Below, piece after piece: positions 28,196-37,524 of a stretch of 64,000 bases of DNA. The DNA comes from Ginsengibacter sp. (GTDB taxonomy: Bacteria > Bacteroidota > Bacteroidia > Chitinophagales > Chitinophagaceae): the NCBI GenBank assembly GCA_039937655.1, contig JBDTGA010000006.1, positions 20,680 to 84,679 of the forward strand, in the 5' to 3' direction. The position numbers and the translations under genes are program-made. Under the pieces are notes generated by a model. The model was not told the origin of the DNA. It was given only the letters and a program-made list of their open reading frames with translations, and made no database searches. How positions within the stretch are numbered: the stretch's first letter is position 1; each line of letters starts with the position of its first letter.

Positions 28196-30058
28196 TTATC
28201 TTCCAAACATTTTATTCAGTTCTTCTTTTTTAAACTCAAGGAAAACGGGTTTTCCGTTAGGGGTGGTATTGTTGATCTTGCAGTTGAATAAGTCTTCTAC
28301 TAAAGCCTTCATTTCCTTTGCTGTTAAAAATACGCCGGCTTTTATGGATTGCTGCCAGGCCATCGAGCGAAGGAGTTTTTCCCTATTACTGAAACTAATG
28401 TCTATATTGAAATGCTTATATTGCTCTATCACCCTTTCCAGAGTTTCTTTTTCATTTCCATCCGGCACATCACCCGGAGAGCCTTGTATTACGAAGGTAT
28501 TGCTGCCAAAAGGTTCTACTTGATACCCTAAAGCAATCAGATCGGGAAGCAGGTCTGTAAGTAAAACGGCATCGGCAGGGGTGAGTTCAAGCGTTACGGG
28601 AAACAGATTTCTCTGTATTGCGATAGGCTTGCCTTTCAAAGCTTCGGTAAAACGTTCATACAAAACACGTTCATGTGCATTTTGTTGATGGATCACTATA
28701 AATCCATTTTCGTTTTGTGCGAGAATAAAACTTTTGTGTATTTGGATATGATCATCTGACGTAGGTTTCCTGTCGGGGTGAGGTTGCACCGTACTCTGAA
28801 AAGGAGAAGGATATAAATCTTCTTTGATGGTTTCCGTGTTCTCAAAAGTTTTTCCAGAATAGGTGTCCCGTAAATTCTGCCTTGTAGGGTCGTCCCATGT
28901 AGTGAGGTCACTTTTATTTTCTATAAAATGTGCCTGATTTTTTTTGGTAAAAGTCTGGTACAAAGAACTCCCTTTTGCAGAAAATTGTTTTTCGGCTGTA
29001 AACGGTTTGCTTACTGCATCCGTCTGCTGAATAGAGGCATCCAGTTCGAAATCAAGCGTAGGTGTTACACTGTATTGAGCGAGCGCATGCTTCACCGCGG
29101 ATTGCACAAAAGCATAAATGATCTTTTCGTCTTCAAACTTTATTTCCTGCTTGGTAGGATGTACATTGATATCAAGACGGGAAGGATCAATATCAATGAA
29201 CAAGGTGTACATCGGAAAACTTTCTTTGGAGATCATTTCGCTGAAAGCATTCATCACTGCATGATTGAGGTAAGCACTTTTAATAAACCGGTTATTTACA
29301 AAAAAGTACTGATCACCCCGTGTTTTTTTCGCAGTTTCCGGTTTACCCACAAAGCCATAAATATTCATGTAATCCGTTTCCTCTTTTACACTTACCAATT
29401 TCGCATTGTAATTATTTCCCAGTATTTGAATGATTCGTTGTTTGAGGGATCCTTTTTCCAAATGAAAAACTTCCTGCCCATTGGAAGTGAGGGAAAAAAA
29501 CAAAGAAGGGAAAGCCATTGCCACACGAATAAATTCATCCACAATATGCCTCATTTCGGAAGCATTGCTTTTTAAAAAATTCCTTCTTGCGGGCACATTG
29601 AAAAATAAATTCTTCATGGAGAGGTTGGTACCTTCACTCGTAGCTACAGGCTCCTGAACAGTTACAATGCTGTTTTCGATTTCGATATAGGTTCCAGCGG
29701 TTTCACCTGCTTTCTTTGTTTTCAATTCCACCTGCGCCACACCGGCTATGCTGGCGAGCGCCTCTCCGCGAAACCCCATAGTTTTAATACGGAACAGGTC
29801 GTCAATATTTTTTATTTTTGAAGTGGCGTGGCGCTCAAAGCACATTCTGGCATCGGTTTCACTCATTCCTTTTCCGTTGTCAATTACCTGGATCAATGCC
29901 TTGCCGGCATCGTTTACAAAAAGTTTTATCTCTGAAGCACCGGCATCCACCGCATTTTCCAGCAGCTCTTTTACGGCACTCGCCGGACGCTGAATTACCT
30001 CGCCGGCAGCAATCTGATTGGCAATATTTTCCGGTAATAAATTAATGATATCAGCCAC
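28196..30058 (-). CDS. mutL: DNA mismatch repair protein MutL
   Basis: 620 aa. The N-terminal GHKL ATPase motifs are IAAGEVIQRPASAVKELLENAVDAGA, DNGKGM and GFRGEAL. Confidence 0.9.
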   Translation of the reverse strand: MADIINLLPENIANQIAAGEVIQRPASAVKELLENAVDAGASEIKLFVNDAGKALIQVIDNGKGMSETDARMCFERHATSKIKNIDDLFRIKTMGFRGEALASIAGVAQVELKTKKAGETAGTYIEIENSIVTVQEPVATSEGTNLSMKNLFFNVPARRNFLKSNASEMRHIVDEFIRVAMAFPSLFFSLTSNGQEVFHLEKGSLKQRIIQILGNNYNAKLVSVKEETDYMNIYGFVGKPETAKKTRGDQYFFVNNRFIKSAYLNHAVMNAFSEMISKESFPMYTLFIDIDPSRLDINVHPTKQEIKFEDEKIIYAFVQSAVKHALAQYSVTPTLDFELDASIQQTDAVSKPFTAEKQFSAKGSSLYQTFTKKNQAHFIENKSDLTTWDDPTRQNLRDTYSGKTFENTETIKEDLYPSPFQSTVQPHPDRKPTSDDHIQIHKSFILAQNENGFIVIHQQNAHERVLYERFTEALKGKPIAIQRNLFPVTLELTPADAVLLTDLLPDLIALGYQVEPFGSNTFVIQGSPGDVPDGNEKETLERVIEQYKHFNIDISFSNREKLLRSMAWQQSIKAGVFLTAKEMKALVEDLFNCKINNTTPNGKPVFLEFKKEELNKMFGR

Positions 30059-30237
30059 AGGGTATTCTCGTTTTTTAGAAGGTAAAATTAATGTTTATTT
30101 TGCGTAGAAAGAGGAGAGGTTCCCTGTGGGTATATTTCAAAAAGTTTATGCAACTTCCGTTCTTTTCACTATTCATTCTCTTTTAAATCATAAACTTTAC
30201 TGTAAATTTGTTTCAGTAAATCAAAATAATTTTTCTT

Positions 30238-30525
30238 TTGAAATATAATCAGTCCACCTTAAATAAATTAGAGAAAATACTGGAAGAAGCCGGGTATATT
30301 GTACGTTATGAACGCGGATCTTTTCAAAGTGGCTATTGCATCCTGGAGCACAAAAAAGTGGTAGTACTCAATAAGTTCCTGATCCCTGAAGGAAGAATCA
30401 ATACCCTTACAGATATTATTCCGACAGTAAATATCAATTACGATTCTCTTACCCTTGATTCACAAAAACTGTATGACGAATTAATTTCTAAAGTGGAAAC
30501 CGAGAAGCAAGGCTCTTTGTTTTGA
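30238..30525 (+). CDS. Hypothetical protein (95 aa, TTG start)
   Basis: The ORF is preceded by a TAAATTTG -7 box (30203-30210). No motif recognised. Confidence 0.45.
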   Translation: MKYNQSTLNKLEKILEEAGYIVRYERGSFQSGYCILEHKKVVVLNKFLIPEGRINTLTDIIPTVNINYDSLTLDSQKLYDELISKVETEKQGSLF

Positions 30526-30572
30526 TTTGATAACTTACATTTTATTGAGGTACACCAGTCAAATTTTCTAAT

Positions 30573-31592
30573 CTATTTCCCCACCAAAGTATCCAGCACC
30601 ACCCTCGTTCCTTCCTTCGCATTTTTTGCCTTCTTCTTAAAAAATCCGCGTAATAAAAAATTATGCTGTACCGCCTCGAGGTCTTCGTCCAATTTTTTAC
30701 TCGCCGATTGTAAATTCTGTAAAGTAATTTTTAGGTTAGAGGCTGTTTTTTCATCTCCCAATAACATTCCAACAGGTGTATTTTTATTATTTAATCCATC
30801 ATTCAACGTAGAGGTGGTGGTTTTCAAATTGCTCATTATTTCTTTCGACTGGTCAGCTACTTCCTGCAATCTTGATACGGTTGAACGCAGCCTGCTGAAG
30901 ACGACGGTATCTGTTACCAGATCATTTGCGAGAGAACCTTTATCATTCAGTCTGGCGGTATAAGCACTTACATTTCCGGATAGGCTTTCAAGGTTAACAG
31001 ATGTTCTTCTCAAGGCAATAACGGTATTGTTCAATTCATCGGCCAGTGTATCGGAAGAGAGGAGTCTGCCTATAGAACCTTTCCCTCCTACAATCCGGCT
31101 ACTAACCACTTTAAAATCATTGGTGATCGCGAGCAGGTTGTCGTTATTTTTAGAAAGTGTACTCATCATTTCATCGGTACTTAATAACTTATCATTGGCC
31201 AGTTGATCGCCCTGTGCTATCAGGGAAGTCTTTAATGTACCGCCATATATTTCAATGATTTTATTCCCTATTAATCCGTCTGTACCTAACTTGGCCCTTG
31301 CATCTTTATGGATAAAAGGAACGGATTGTTCTCCAATATTCATATCCACTTCTACCTTACCGTTTTCGATAAGAGTTATTTTCTTTATGGTACCAACTTT
31401 TACACCCGAAAACCAAACATTGTTTCCCCTCTGTAATCCATTTACATTATCAAAAACCGATTTTACCGTTACAGAATCTCCAAAAGATTTTTTCTGAGAG
31501 CCTAATGTAAGAATGGTAACGATAAAGATGGCGAGGCCGAGGAAAATAAATATTCCTACAATAACTGCTCTCCTGGTTCCCGTTGATCTCAT
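30573..31592 (-). CDS. mlaD: MlaD/MCE-domain protein of an Mla-type lipid ABC transporter
   Basis: 339 aa with an N-terminal TM anchor and an MCE domain (VKSVFDNVNGLQRGNNVWFSGVKVG). It is the last gene of the mlaE-mlaF-mlaD unit. Confidence 0.8.
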   Translation of the reverse strand: MRSTGTRRAVIVGIFIFLGLAIFIVTILTLGSQKKSFGDSVTVKSVFDNVNGLQRGNNVWFSGVKVGTIKKITLIENGKVEVDMNIGEQSVPFIHKDARAKLGTDGLIGNKIIEIYGGTLKTSLIAQGDQLANDKLLSTDEMMSTLSKNNDNLLAITNDFKVVSSRIVGGKGSIGRLLSSDTLADELNNTVIALRRTSVNLESLSGNVSAYTARLNDKGSLANDLVTDTVVFSRLRSTVSRLQEVADQSKEIMSNLKTTTSTLNDGLNNKNTPVGMLLGDEKTASNLKITLQNLQSASKKLDEDLEAVQHNFLLRGFFKKKAKNAKEGTRVVLDTLVGK

Positions 31593-31598
31593 AACTAT

Positions 31599-32372
31599 TT
31601 AATTTATAAAATTATATTTATAAAAATCCCTTATTCTTTCATCATCAGTCGTAAATACTTCGTCAAAAGTACCCTGCTTTATAAACTTTCCCTCAAAAAG
31701 CATAGCAACTTTGTCGCCTGTGGTTTTAGCGCAGGTAAGATCATGCGTTATGATGATAGAGGTGGTATTAAATTTATGCCTTACCATGTTTATCAGATTA
31801 TTAATTTCAATGCTGGTGATAGGATCCAATCCTGATGTAGGCTCGTCGTACAGCATAATCTGCGGGCGCAAAATGAGTGTACGTGCGATGCCTACCCTCT
31901 TTCTTTGTCCACCGGACAATTCCGATGGCATTTGATTAATTGTTTGCAGCAGACCCACATCGTCCAACACAGTTTCTATCTGCTCTTTTACTTCCTTCCT
32001 TGATAATTGCCTCGAGTGGCGTACTAATGGAAACGCAAGATTTTCTCTCACCGTCATACTATCATATAATGCGCTGTTTTGAAAGGAAAATCCAATCTGC
32101 AGTCTCAGCTTCTGTAATTCCTTATCATTTAGCTCATCCACTTCTTTCCCTAAAACATTTACCATGCCACGATCCGGTTTTAACAAGCCACAAATAATTT
32201 TGATAAGTACCGACTTTCCGGTTCCGGACCTACCCAAAACCGCGACATTTTCTTTGTTATGAACCTCTAAATTAACTCCCTGCAACACATGATTATCCCC
32301 AAAAGATTTATATAAATCAGCAACTTTAATTAAAGCTTCCCCCTTATTAATATGTTGTCTTTCTATCTCCAT
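31599..32372 (-). CDS. mlaF: ABC transporter ATP-binding protein (MlaF-like)
   Basis: It has Walker A GRSGTGKS, the signature LSGGQRKRV and Walker B MLYDEPTSGLD. Confidence 0.85.
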   Translation of the reverse strand: MEIERQHINKGEALIKVADLYKSFGDNHVLQGVNLEVHNKENVAVLGRSGTGKSVLIKIICGLLKPDRGMVNVLGKEVDELNDKELQKLRLQIGFSFQNSALYDSMTVRENLAFPLVRHSRQLSRKEVKEQIETVLDDVGLLQTINQMPSELSGGQRKRVGIARTLILRPQIMLYDEPTSGLDPITSIEINNLINMVRHKFNTTSIIITHDLTCAKTTGDKVAMLFEGKFIKQGTFDEVFTTDDERIRDFYKYNFIN

Positions 32373-33166
32373 TATGGCCTGAAACTATTGGTGATTTGAA
32401 CAATAAGGATTTCCTCTACAAAAATTAAAAACATAGAAAGTACTACCGATAAATTAGCCGCCTTTCCTACCCCTTGCGTTCCGTTTGTTGCATGGAAGCC
32501 TTTATAACAGCCCACAATCCCGATCGTGAAACCATATACAACACTCTTGATCAGTGAAGAAAAAAGATCGAGGAAAGAAATTTTTTCAAATGCCTGCTGA
32601 AAAAAAGTAATAAAGCTGGTCATTTCATTTTGATGTACATTCAAATAGGCCCCAAGCATGGCTACCAGGCCAGTGTAACACATCAGCATGGGAATCATCA
32701 GGGTAGTAGCCAATACCCTGCTTACCACTAAAAACTTAAAAGGGTTTACCGCTGATACTTCCATAGCGTCTATCTGCTCCGTCACTTTCATAGAGCCCAA
32801 CTCCGCTGCAATATTAGAACCCACTTTTCCTGCACAAATTAATGCCGTAACCAACGGAGCCAACGCTCGTATAATAGCAATAGCAACCAGGCTCGGAATC
32901 CACGAAGTTGCACCCACTTCGGCCAGAGAAGGCCGCGATTGTTTAGTAAAAACAAGGCCTGTAATGAACCCGGTGAGTGTAATCAAAAAGAGGGATTTGT
33001 AACCTACCTCATAGCACTGCCTTATAATTTCTTTGAATTCATAAGGAGGTTTGAATAGCTCTTTGAAAAACCGGATAATAAATTGAAGCGCCGAATAAAG
33101 GTCTATAAAAAACCCATCTATTTTTTTTGAAATAAAATTTTTTTCAGCCGGTTCAAGATTCATCAT
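32372..33166 (-). CDS. mlaE: MlaE-family ABC transporter permease
   Basis: 264 aa hydrophobic permease. Its end overlaps the mlaF start by 1 nt. Confidence 0.85.
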   Translation of the reverse strand: MMNLEPAEKNFISKKIDGFFIDLYSALQFIIRFFKELFKPPYEFKEIIRQCYEVGYKSLFLITLTGFITGLVFTKQSRPSLAEVGATSWIPSLVAIAIIRALAPLVTALICAGKVGSNIAAELGSMKVTEQIDAMEVSAVNPFKFLVVSRVLATTLMIPMLMCYTGLVAMLGAYLNVHQNEMTSFITFFQQAFEKISFLDLFSSLIKSVVYGFTIGIVGCYKGFHATNGTQGVGKAANLSVVLSMFLIFVEEILIVQITNSFRP

Positions 33167-33349
33167 ACCTGGTCGTATCTTTTTTATTGCAACGCAAAGA
33201 TGGAGCCTGAAATTTAAAATTCAGAAATTTTTATTGAGAATACTGGAACTATCCTTAAAAAAGATGTCAGTAAGTAGCCTTATAAGAAGATTTTTACGGA
33301 TTTTCTACACAAAAATGTATCGTTCCCGCCTTGTTTCATAGAAAAGGAG

Positions 33350-33802
33350 CTATTCTTCTTTTTTCTCTGTTGCAGAATTGAAATCAAGGACTACCGAGTT
33401 GATACAATAACGCACACCCGTTGGTAAAGGGCCGTCGTCAAATACATGCCCCAGATGAGAATGGCATTTTCCACATTCCACTTCCGTACGTTTCATTCCG
33501 TAAGAATTATCAGACAGATAAATCAGGCTTTCTTTGGTGATAGGTTCAAAGAAACTTGGCCATCCGCAACTGCTATTGAACTTCCCATCACTCTTGAAAA
33601 GAGGATTGCCACACACAGCACAATGATACGTTCCCTCTTCTCTATGTTTAAAAAAGATTCCCGATCCAGGCCTTTCCGTTCCCTTTTCACGGGCGACATG
33701 ATATACCTCTGCAGGTAAAATCTTCTTCCACTCTTCATTGGATTTTTCAACGGGGTTTTCACCTTCTGTTGAAAAAATCGTATTTTTTTTATCAGAAATC
33801 AT
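33350..33802 (-). CDS. msrB: Peptide-methionine (R)-S-oxide reductase
   Basis: 150 aa with two CxxC pairs (CAVCGNPLF, CGKCHSHLGHVF) and GWPSF. Confidence 0.9.
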   Translation of the reverse strand: MISDKKNTIFSTEGENPVEKSNEEWKKILPAEVYHVAREKGTERPGSGIFFKHREEGTYHCAVCGNPLFKSDGKFNSSCGWPSFFEPITKESLIYLSDNSYGMKRTEVECGKCHSHLGHVFDDGPLPTGVRYCINSVVLDFNSATEKKEE

Positions 33803-33961
33803 GATATTTTAATTGAATTTAAAAATGACAGGATTGACATCCATAAAATTACGCAATGATATTGGCATGAATTGCTAAAAAAATAGAATGTTTTTTTATT
33901 GATACGACCGATTTTTAAATTCCATCCATTATATTTGATGTTCACAAGGAGTTAAAAGCCA

Positions 33962-34552
33962 ATGTTCAATCTTATATTATTTGGTCCACCGGGTAGCGGC
34001 AAGGGTACACAGTCAGAAAAATTGATTGCAAAATATCATCTCAAACATCTTTCAACAGGTGATTTGCTAAGAGGTGAAATATCACGAAAAACCACTTTAG
34101 GTTTAGAAGCCAAAACGTTTATGGACAAAGGCAATCTGGTACCAGACAAGGTAGTGATAGGAATGATCAACGATGCTCTTGACACCAACCGCGATGTAGA
34201 GGGTTTCTTATTTGACGGATTTCCGCGCACAGCCATCCAGGCAGAAGAATTAGATAAATTACTCACAAAAAAGAATACCTGTATTGATGTAATGCTCGCA
34301 CTGAACGTAAGTGAAGAAGAGCTGGTAAAACGCCTTGTAAAACGCGGCGAAACAAGTGGCCGTTCTGACGACAGCAATGAACAGATCATCAGAGCACGTA
34401 TTATCGAATATCACAGGAAAACCGCTACAGTAGCCGATCATTATCAAAAGGCTCATAAAGTGGTAATGGTAAAAGGAGAGGGAAGCATAGACGAAATTTT
34501 CGGAAGGCTTTCCGCTGAAATTGACCGCCTGAAAAAACAGGACAACTGCTGA
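33962..34552 (+). CDS. adk: Adenylate kinase
   Basis: 196 aa with the P-loop GPPGSGKGTQ and the motifs LSTGDLLR and DGFPRT. Confidence 0.9.
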   Translation: MFNLILFGPPGSGKGTQSEKLIAKYHLKHLSTGDLLRGEISRKTTLGLEAKTFMDKGNLVPDKVVIGMINDALDTNRDVEGFLFDGFPRTAIQAEELDKLLTKKNTCIDVMLALNVSEEELVKRLVKRGETSGRSDDSNEQIIRARIIEYHRKTATVADHYQKAHKVVMVKGEGSIDEIFGRLSAEIDRLKKQDNC

Positions 34553-34783
34553 TAACTTTCATTATTCTTTTCGAAAATCGTCCATTTTAAATAGCGATCT
34601 TTTTTCTGCTTCCTGTAACTTGTTTCTATTTATGCCCTGGCGAAGCCCGGAGATGTAAAGTATTTCCTGATCTTAGAAATTTCCATTCTAAAAAACATAA
34701 TTCTTTATCTTTAAACTGATTTCTCCGGAATTGATTTTATTTCAGAGAAACAATTTTTGAATTATTAAAACTTAGACTGAATT

Positions 34784-37510
34784 ATGAGATCCAATTACAT
34801 GCTCGCTACATGCTTCCTGTTTCTTATTGCCTTAGGCATTCATGTTGGCGCACAAACTATCCCTACACCCAAAGAACATTTCGGATTCAACATCGGAGAC
34901 GATTACATGCTTGCCAATTATACGCAGGCCGAAGCCTATTATAAAAAAGTGGCGAATGCATCTGATCGCGTACTACTGAAAGAAATAGGGAAAACAGAAG
35001 AAGGGCGTGATCAGTACATTATTGTCATCTCCTCACCACAAAATATTCTTCAACTTGCAAAATACCAATCAATTTCACAAAAACTTGCCAGGGCCGAAGG
35101 GTTGAGTGATGAAGATGCAAAGAAAATGTCACTTGAAGGCAAAGCCGTGGTATGGATAGATGGTGGGCTTCACGCCACTGAAACGGTAGGAAGCCATGAG
35201 ATGATAGAATTGCTATATCAACTGGCAAGCAGGAATGATGCTGAGACAAAACGAATCCTCAATGATGACATCATCCTGCTTTCACAGGTAAATCCTGATG
35301 GACAGGAGTTAGTAGCTAATTGGTACATGAGAAATCAGGATGTCAAAAAAAGAAGTATGGACATCCCGGGGCTTTATCAAAAATATATAGGGCACGATAA
35401 CAACCGGGATTTTTATATGAACAACATGAGCGAGAGTAAAAATATCTCGCGTGTTCTTTACATTGATTGGATGCCGCAAATTTTATACAACCATCACCAG
35501 ACAGCGCCTGCAGGGGCTGTAGTAGCCGGACCTCCCTATCGAGATCCTTTTAATTTCGTATATGATCCACTGTTAGTAACCGGTATTGATGCAGTAGGTG
35601 CAGCTATGATCAACAGATTAAACACCGAAAACAAGCCTGGCTTCACACGTTTGTCCGGCTCCGTTTATTCTACATGGTGGAATGGCGGACTACGGACCAC
35701 CGCTTACTTTCACAACATCATTGGCCTGCTTACGGAAATCACCGGCAACCCGACTCCTTCTGAAATTCCACTGGTACCCGATCGTCTGATACCCAACGAA
35801 GCAACACCCTTCCCGGTAACACCACAAAAATGGCATTTCAAAAATTCCATAGATTATTCTATTTCTCTTAATTATGCCGTACTCGATTATGCAAGCCGCT
35901 ATAAGGATGAACTACTCTATAACATATATCGTATGGGGAGAAACAATATCGAAAAAGGTAACAGGGATAACTGGTCATTCTTTCCAAGATATGTAGATTC
36001 TGTAAAATCTGTCATTGCACGTAACCAAAAGAAAACTTCAGATAAAGAAAATAAAAACACACGAGATAGTCTAAATGAAATTTATTTTGATTCTGTATTC
36101 AAAGCGCCTCAAAACCGTGATGCACGTGGGTACATTATCGCTGCCGATAATCAGGATTTCTTTACGGCTACGAAATTTGTCAACGCCCTGATAGAATCAG
36201 GAATACGTGTAGAAAAAGCTACTGCCGCATTTAGCGTTGAAGGCAAAAAATATTCAGCTGGCTCTTACGTAATCAAAACAGACCAGGCCTTTCGTCCTCA
36301 TGTGATTGACATGTTTGACCCACAGGATCACCCTAATGACTTTCAATATCCCGGAGGTCCGCCAGTAAGGCCTTATGATGCTGCAGGTTGGACACTCGCT
36401 TACCAGATGGGCATTCAGTTCGACCGGATTTTAAATAAATTCGAAGGGCCATTCCAAACAATTCCTTATGGCGAAATTCAATCGCCGGCAAAAGAAGTGG
36501 TTCCCTCTCCAAAAGCCGGATATATTTTATCACCTTCTCAAAATAATTCCTTCCTCGCCATAAATGAATTATTAAAAAATGGCATTGAAGTATTCCGGTT
36601 GCCACGGCAAGAGGGTAGCTTCGAGGCCGGATCTATTTACGTTCCATCCAAAGGTTCTGATATTCTGAAAAAAGCCGGACTACAATGGGGGGTGCAGTCC
36701 AAAACCATCAATACAACTCCGGTTTCGAAAATCAAAATAACTCCAGCCAGAGCCGCACTGTTTGATCAATACGGAGGCTCCATTCCTTCAGGATGGGTAA
36801 GATGGTTGATGGAACAATTTCATTTTCCTTTCCGGTTAATTTATCCTCAGGAAATTGATAAGGGCAACCTGAATGCAAAATACGATGTCATTTTATTTAT
36901 AGATACTTACATGCCAAATGGTACCCGCGAATATAAACCACGCCAACCAAAAGCTGATGATATACCCTCAGAATACAGAGATCGGCTGGGTAGCATCACC
37001 AAAGAAAAAACAATCCCTCAATTAAAATCATTCCTTGAAAAAGGTGGCAATATTGTAACTATCGGAAATAGTACTTCACTTGCTTACCTACTTGACCTAC
37101 CTGTAAAAAATGCGCTGACAACAAAAAACTCAGAAGGAGATATCAAACCCTTGTCGCCTAATGATTATTACATCCCCGGAAGCCTTCTTACCGCATTAGT
37201 TGATAACAATCAGCCGGAAAATTGGGGAATGGCTCAAAAAGTTGATATGGTATTTAATAATTCAAATGTTTTCAGCCTTAATCCCGATGCCATTAAAAAA
37301 GATTTAAGGCCATTGGCATGGTTTGGAAACGACAAACCGCTGAAGAGCGGCTGGGCATGGGGACAATCCTATATTGAAGACGGGGTTGTTGCCTTTGTTG
37401 CTCCTATTGGCAAAGGAAGATTTTATGCCTGTTCTACCGAAATAACATTTCGTGCACAGCCTTATGGCACCTTTAAGATGCTATTCAATCAATTGTATTT
37501 ACACAAATAA
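34784..37510 (+). CDS. Large secreted M14-family metallocarboxypeptidase-like protein
   Basis: 908 aa with a signal peptide. The Zn motif region is GGLHATETVGSHE, with NPDG and HDNNRDF downstream. Confidence 0.8.
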   Translation: MRSNYMLATCFLFLIALGIHVGAQTIPTPKEHFGFNIGDDYMLANYTQAEAYYKKVANASDRVLLKEIGKTEEGRDQYIIVISSPQNILQLAKYQSISQKLARAEGLSDEDAKKMSLEGKAVVWIDGGLHATETVGSHEMIELLYQLASRNDAETKRILNDDIILLSQVNPDGQELVANWYMRNQDVKKRSMDIPGLYQKYIGHDNNRDFYMNNMSESKNISRVLYIDWMPQILYNHHQTAPAGAVVAGPPYRDPFNFVYDPLLVTGIDAVGAAMINRLNTENKPGFTRLSGSVYSTWWNGGLRTTAYFHNIIGLLTEITGNPTPSEIPLVPDRLIPNEATPFPVTPQKWHFKNSIDYSISLNYAVLDYASRYKDELLYNIYRMGRNNIEKGNRDNWSFFPRYVDSVKSVIARNQKKTSDKENKNTRDSLNEIYFDSVFKAPQNRDARGYIIAADNQDFFTATKFVNALIESGIRVEKATAAFSVEGKKYSAGSYVIKTDQAFRPHVIDMFDPQDHPNDFQYPGGPPVRPYDAAGWTLAYQMGIQFDRILNKFEGPFQTIPYGEIQSPAKEVVPSPKAGYILSPSQNNSFLAINELLKNGIEVFRLPRQEGSFEAGSIYVPSKGSDILKKAGLQWGVQSKTINTTPVSKIKITPARAALFDQYGGSIPSGWVRWLMEQFHFPFRLIYPQEIDKGNLNAKYDVILFIDTYMPNGTREYKPRQPKADDIPSEYRDRLGSITKEKTIPQLKSFLEKGGNIVTIGNSTSLAYLLDLPVKNALTTKNSEGDIKPLSPNDYYIPGSLLTALVDNNQPENWGMAQKVDMVFNNSNVFSLNPDAIKKDLRPLAWFGNDKPLKSGWAWGQSYIEDGVVAFVAPIGKGRFYACSTEITFRAQPYGTFKMLFNQLYLHK

Positions 37511-37524
37511 AAAAGTAACCAGAA

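Noticed and set aside
30196-30220. A LexA/SOS-box-like inverted repeat TTTACTG-N11-CAGTAAA next to mutL.
   Set aside because: The spacing is CTG-N11-CAG rather than the CTG-N10-CAG of the gamma-proteobacterial box, which in any case is not the Bacteroidota LexA motif. The centre of the repeat is simply the TAAATTTG -7 promoter box of the downstream gene.
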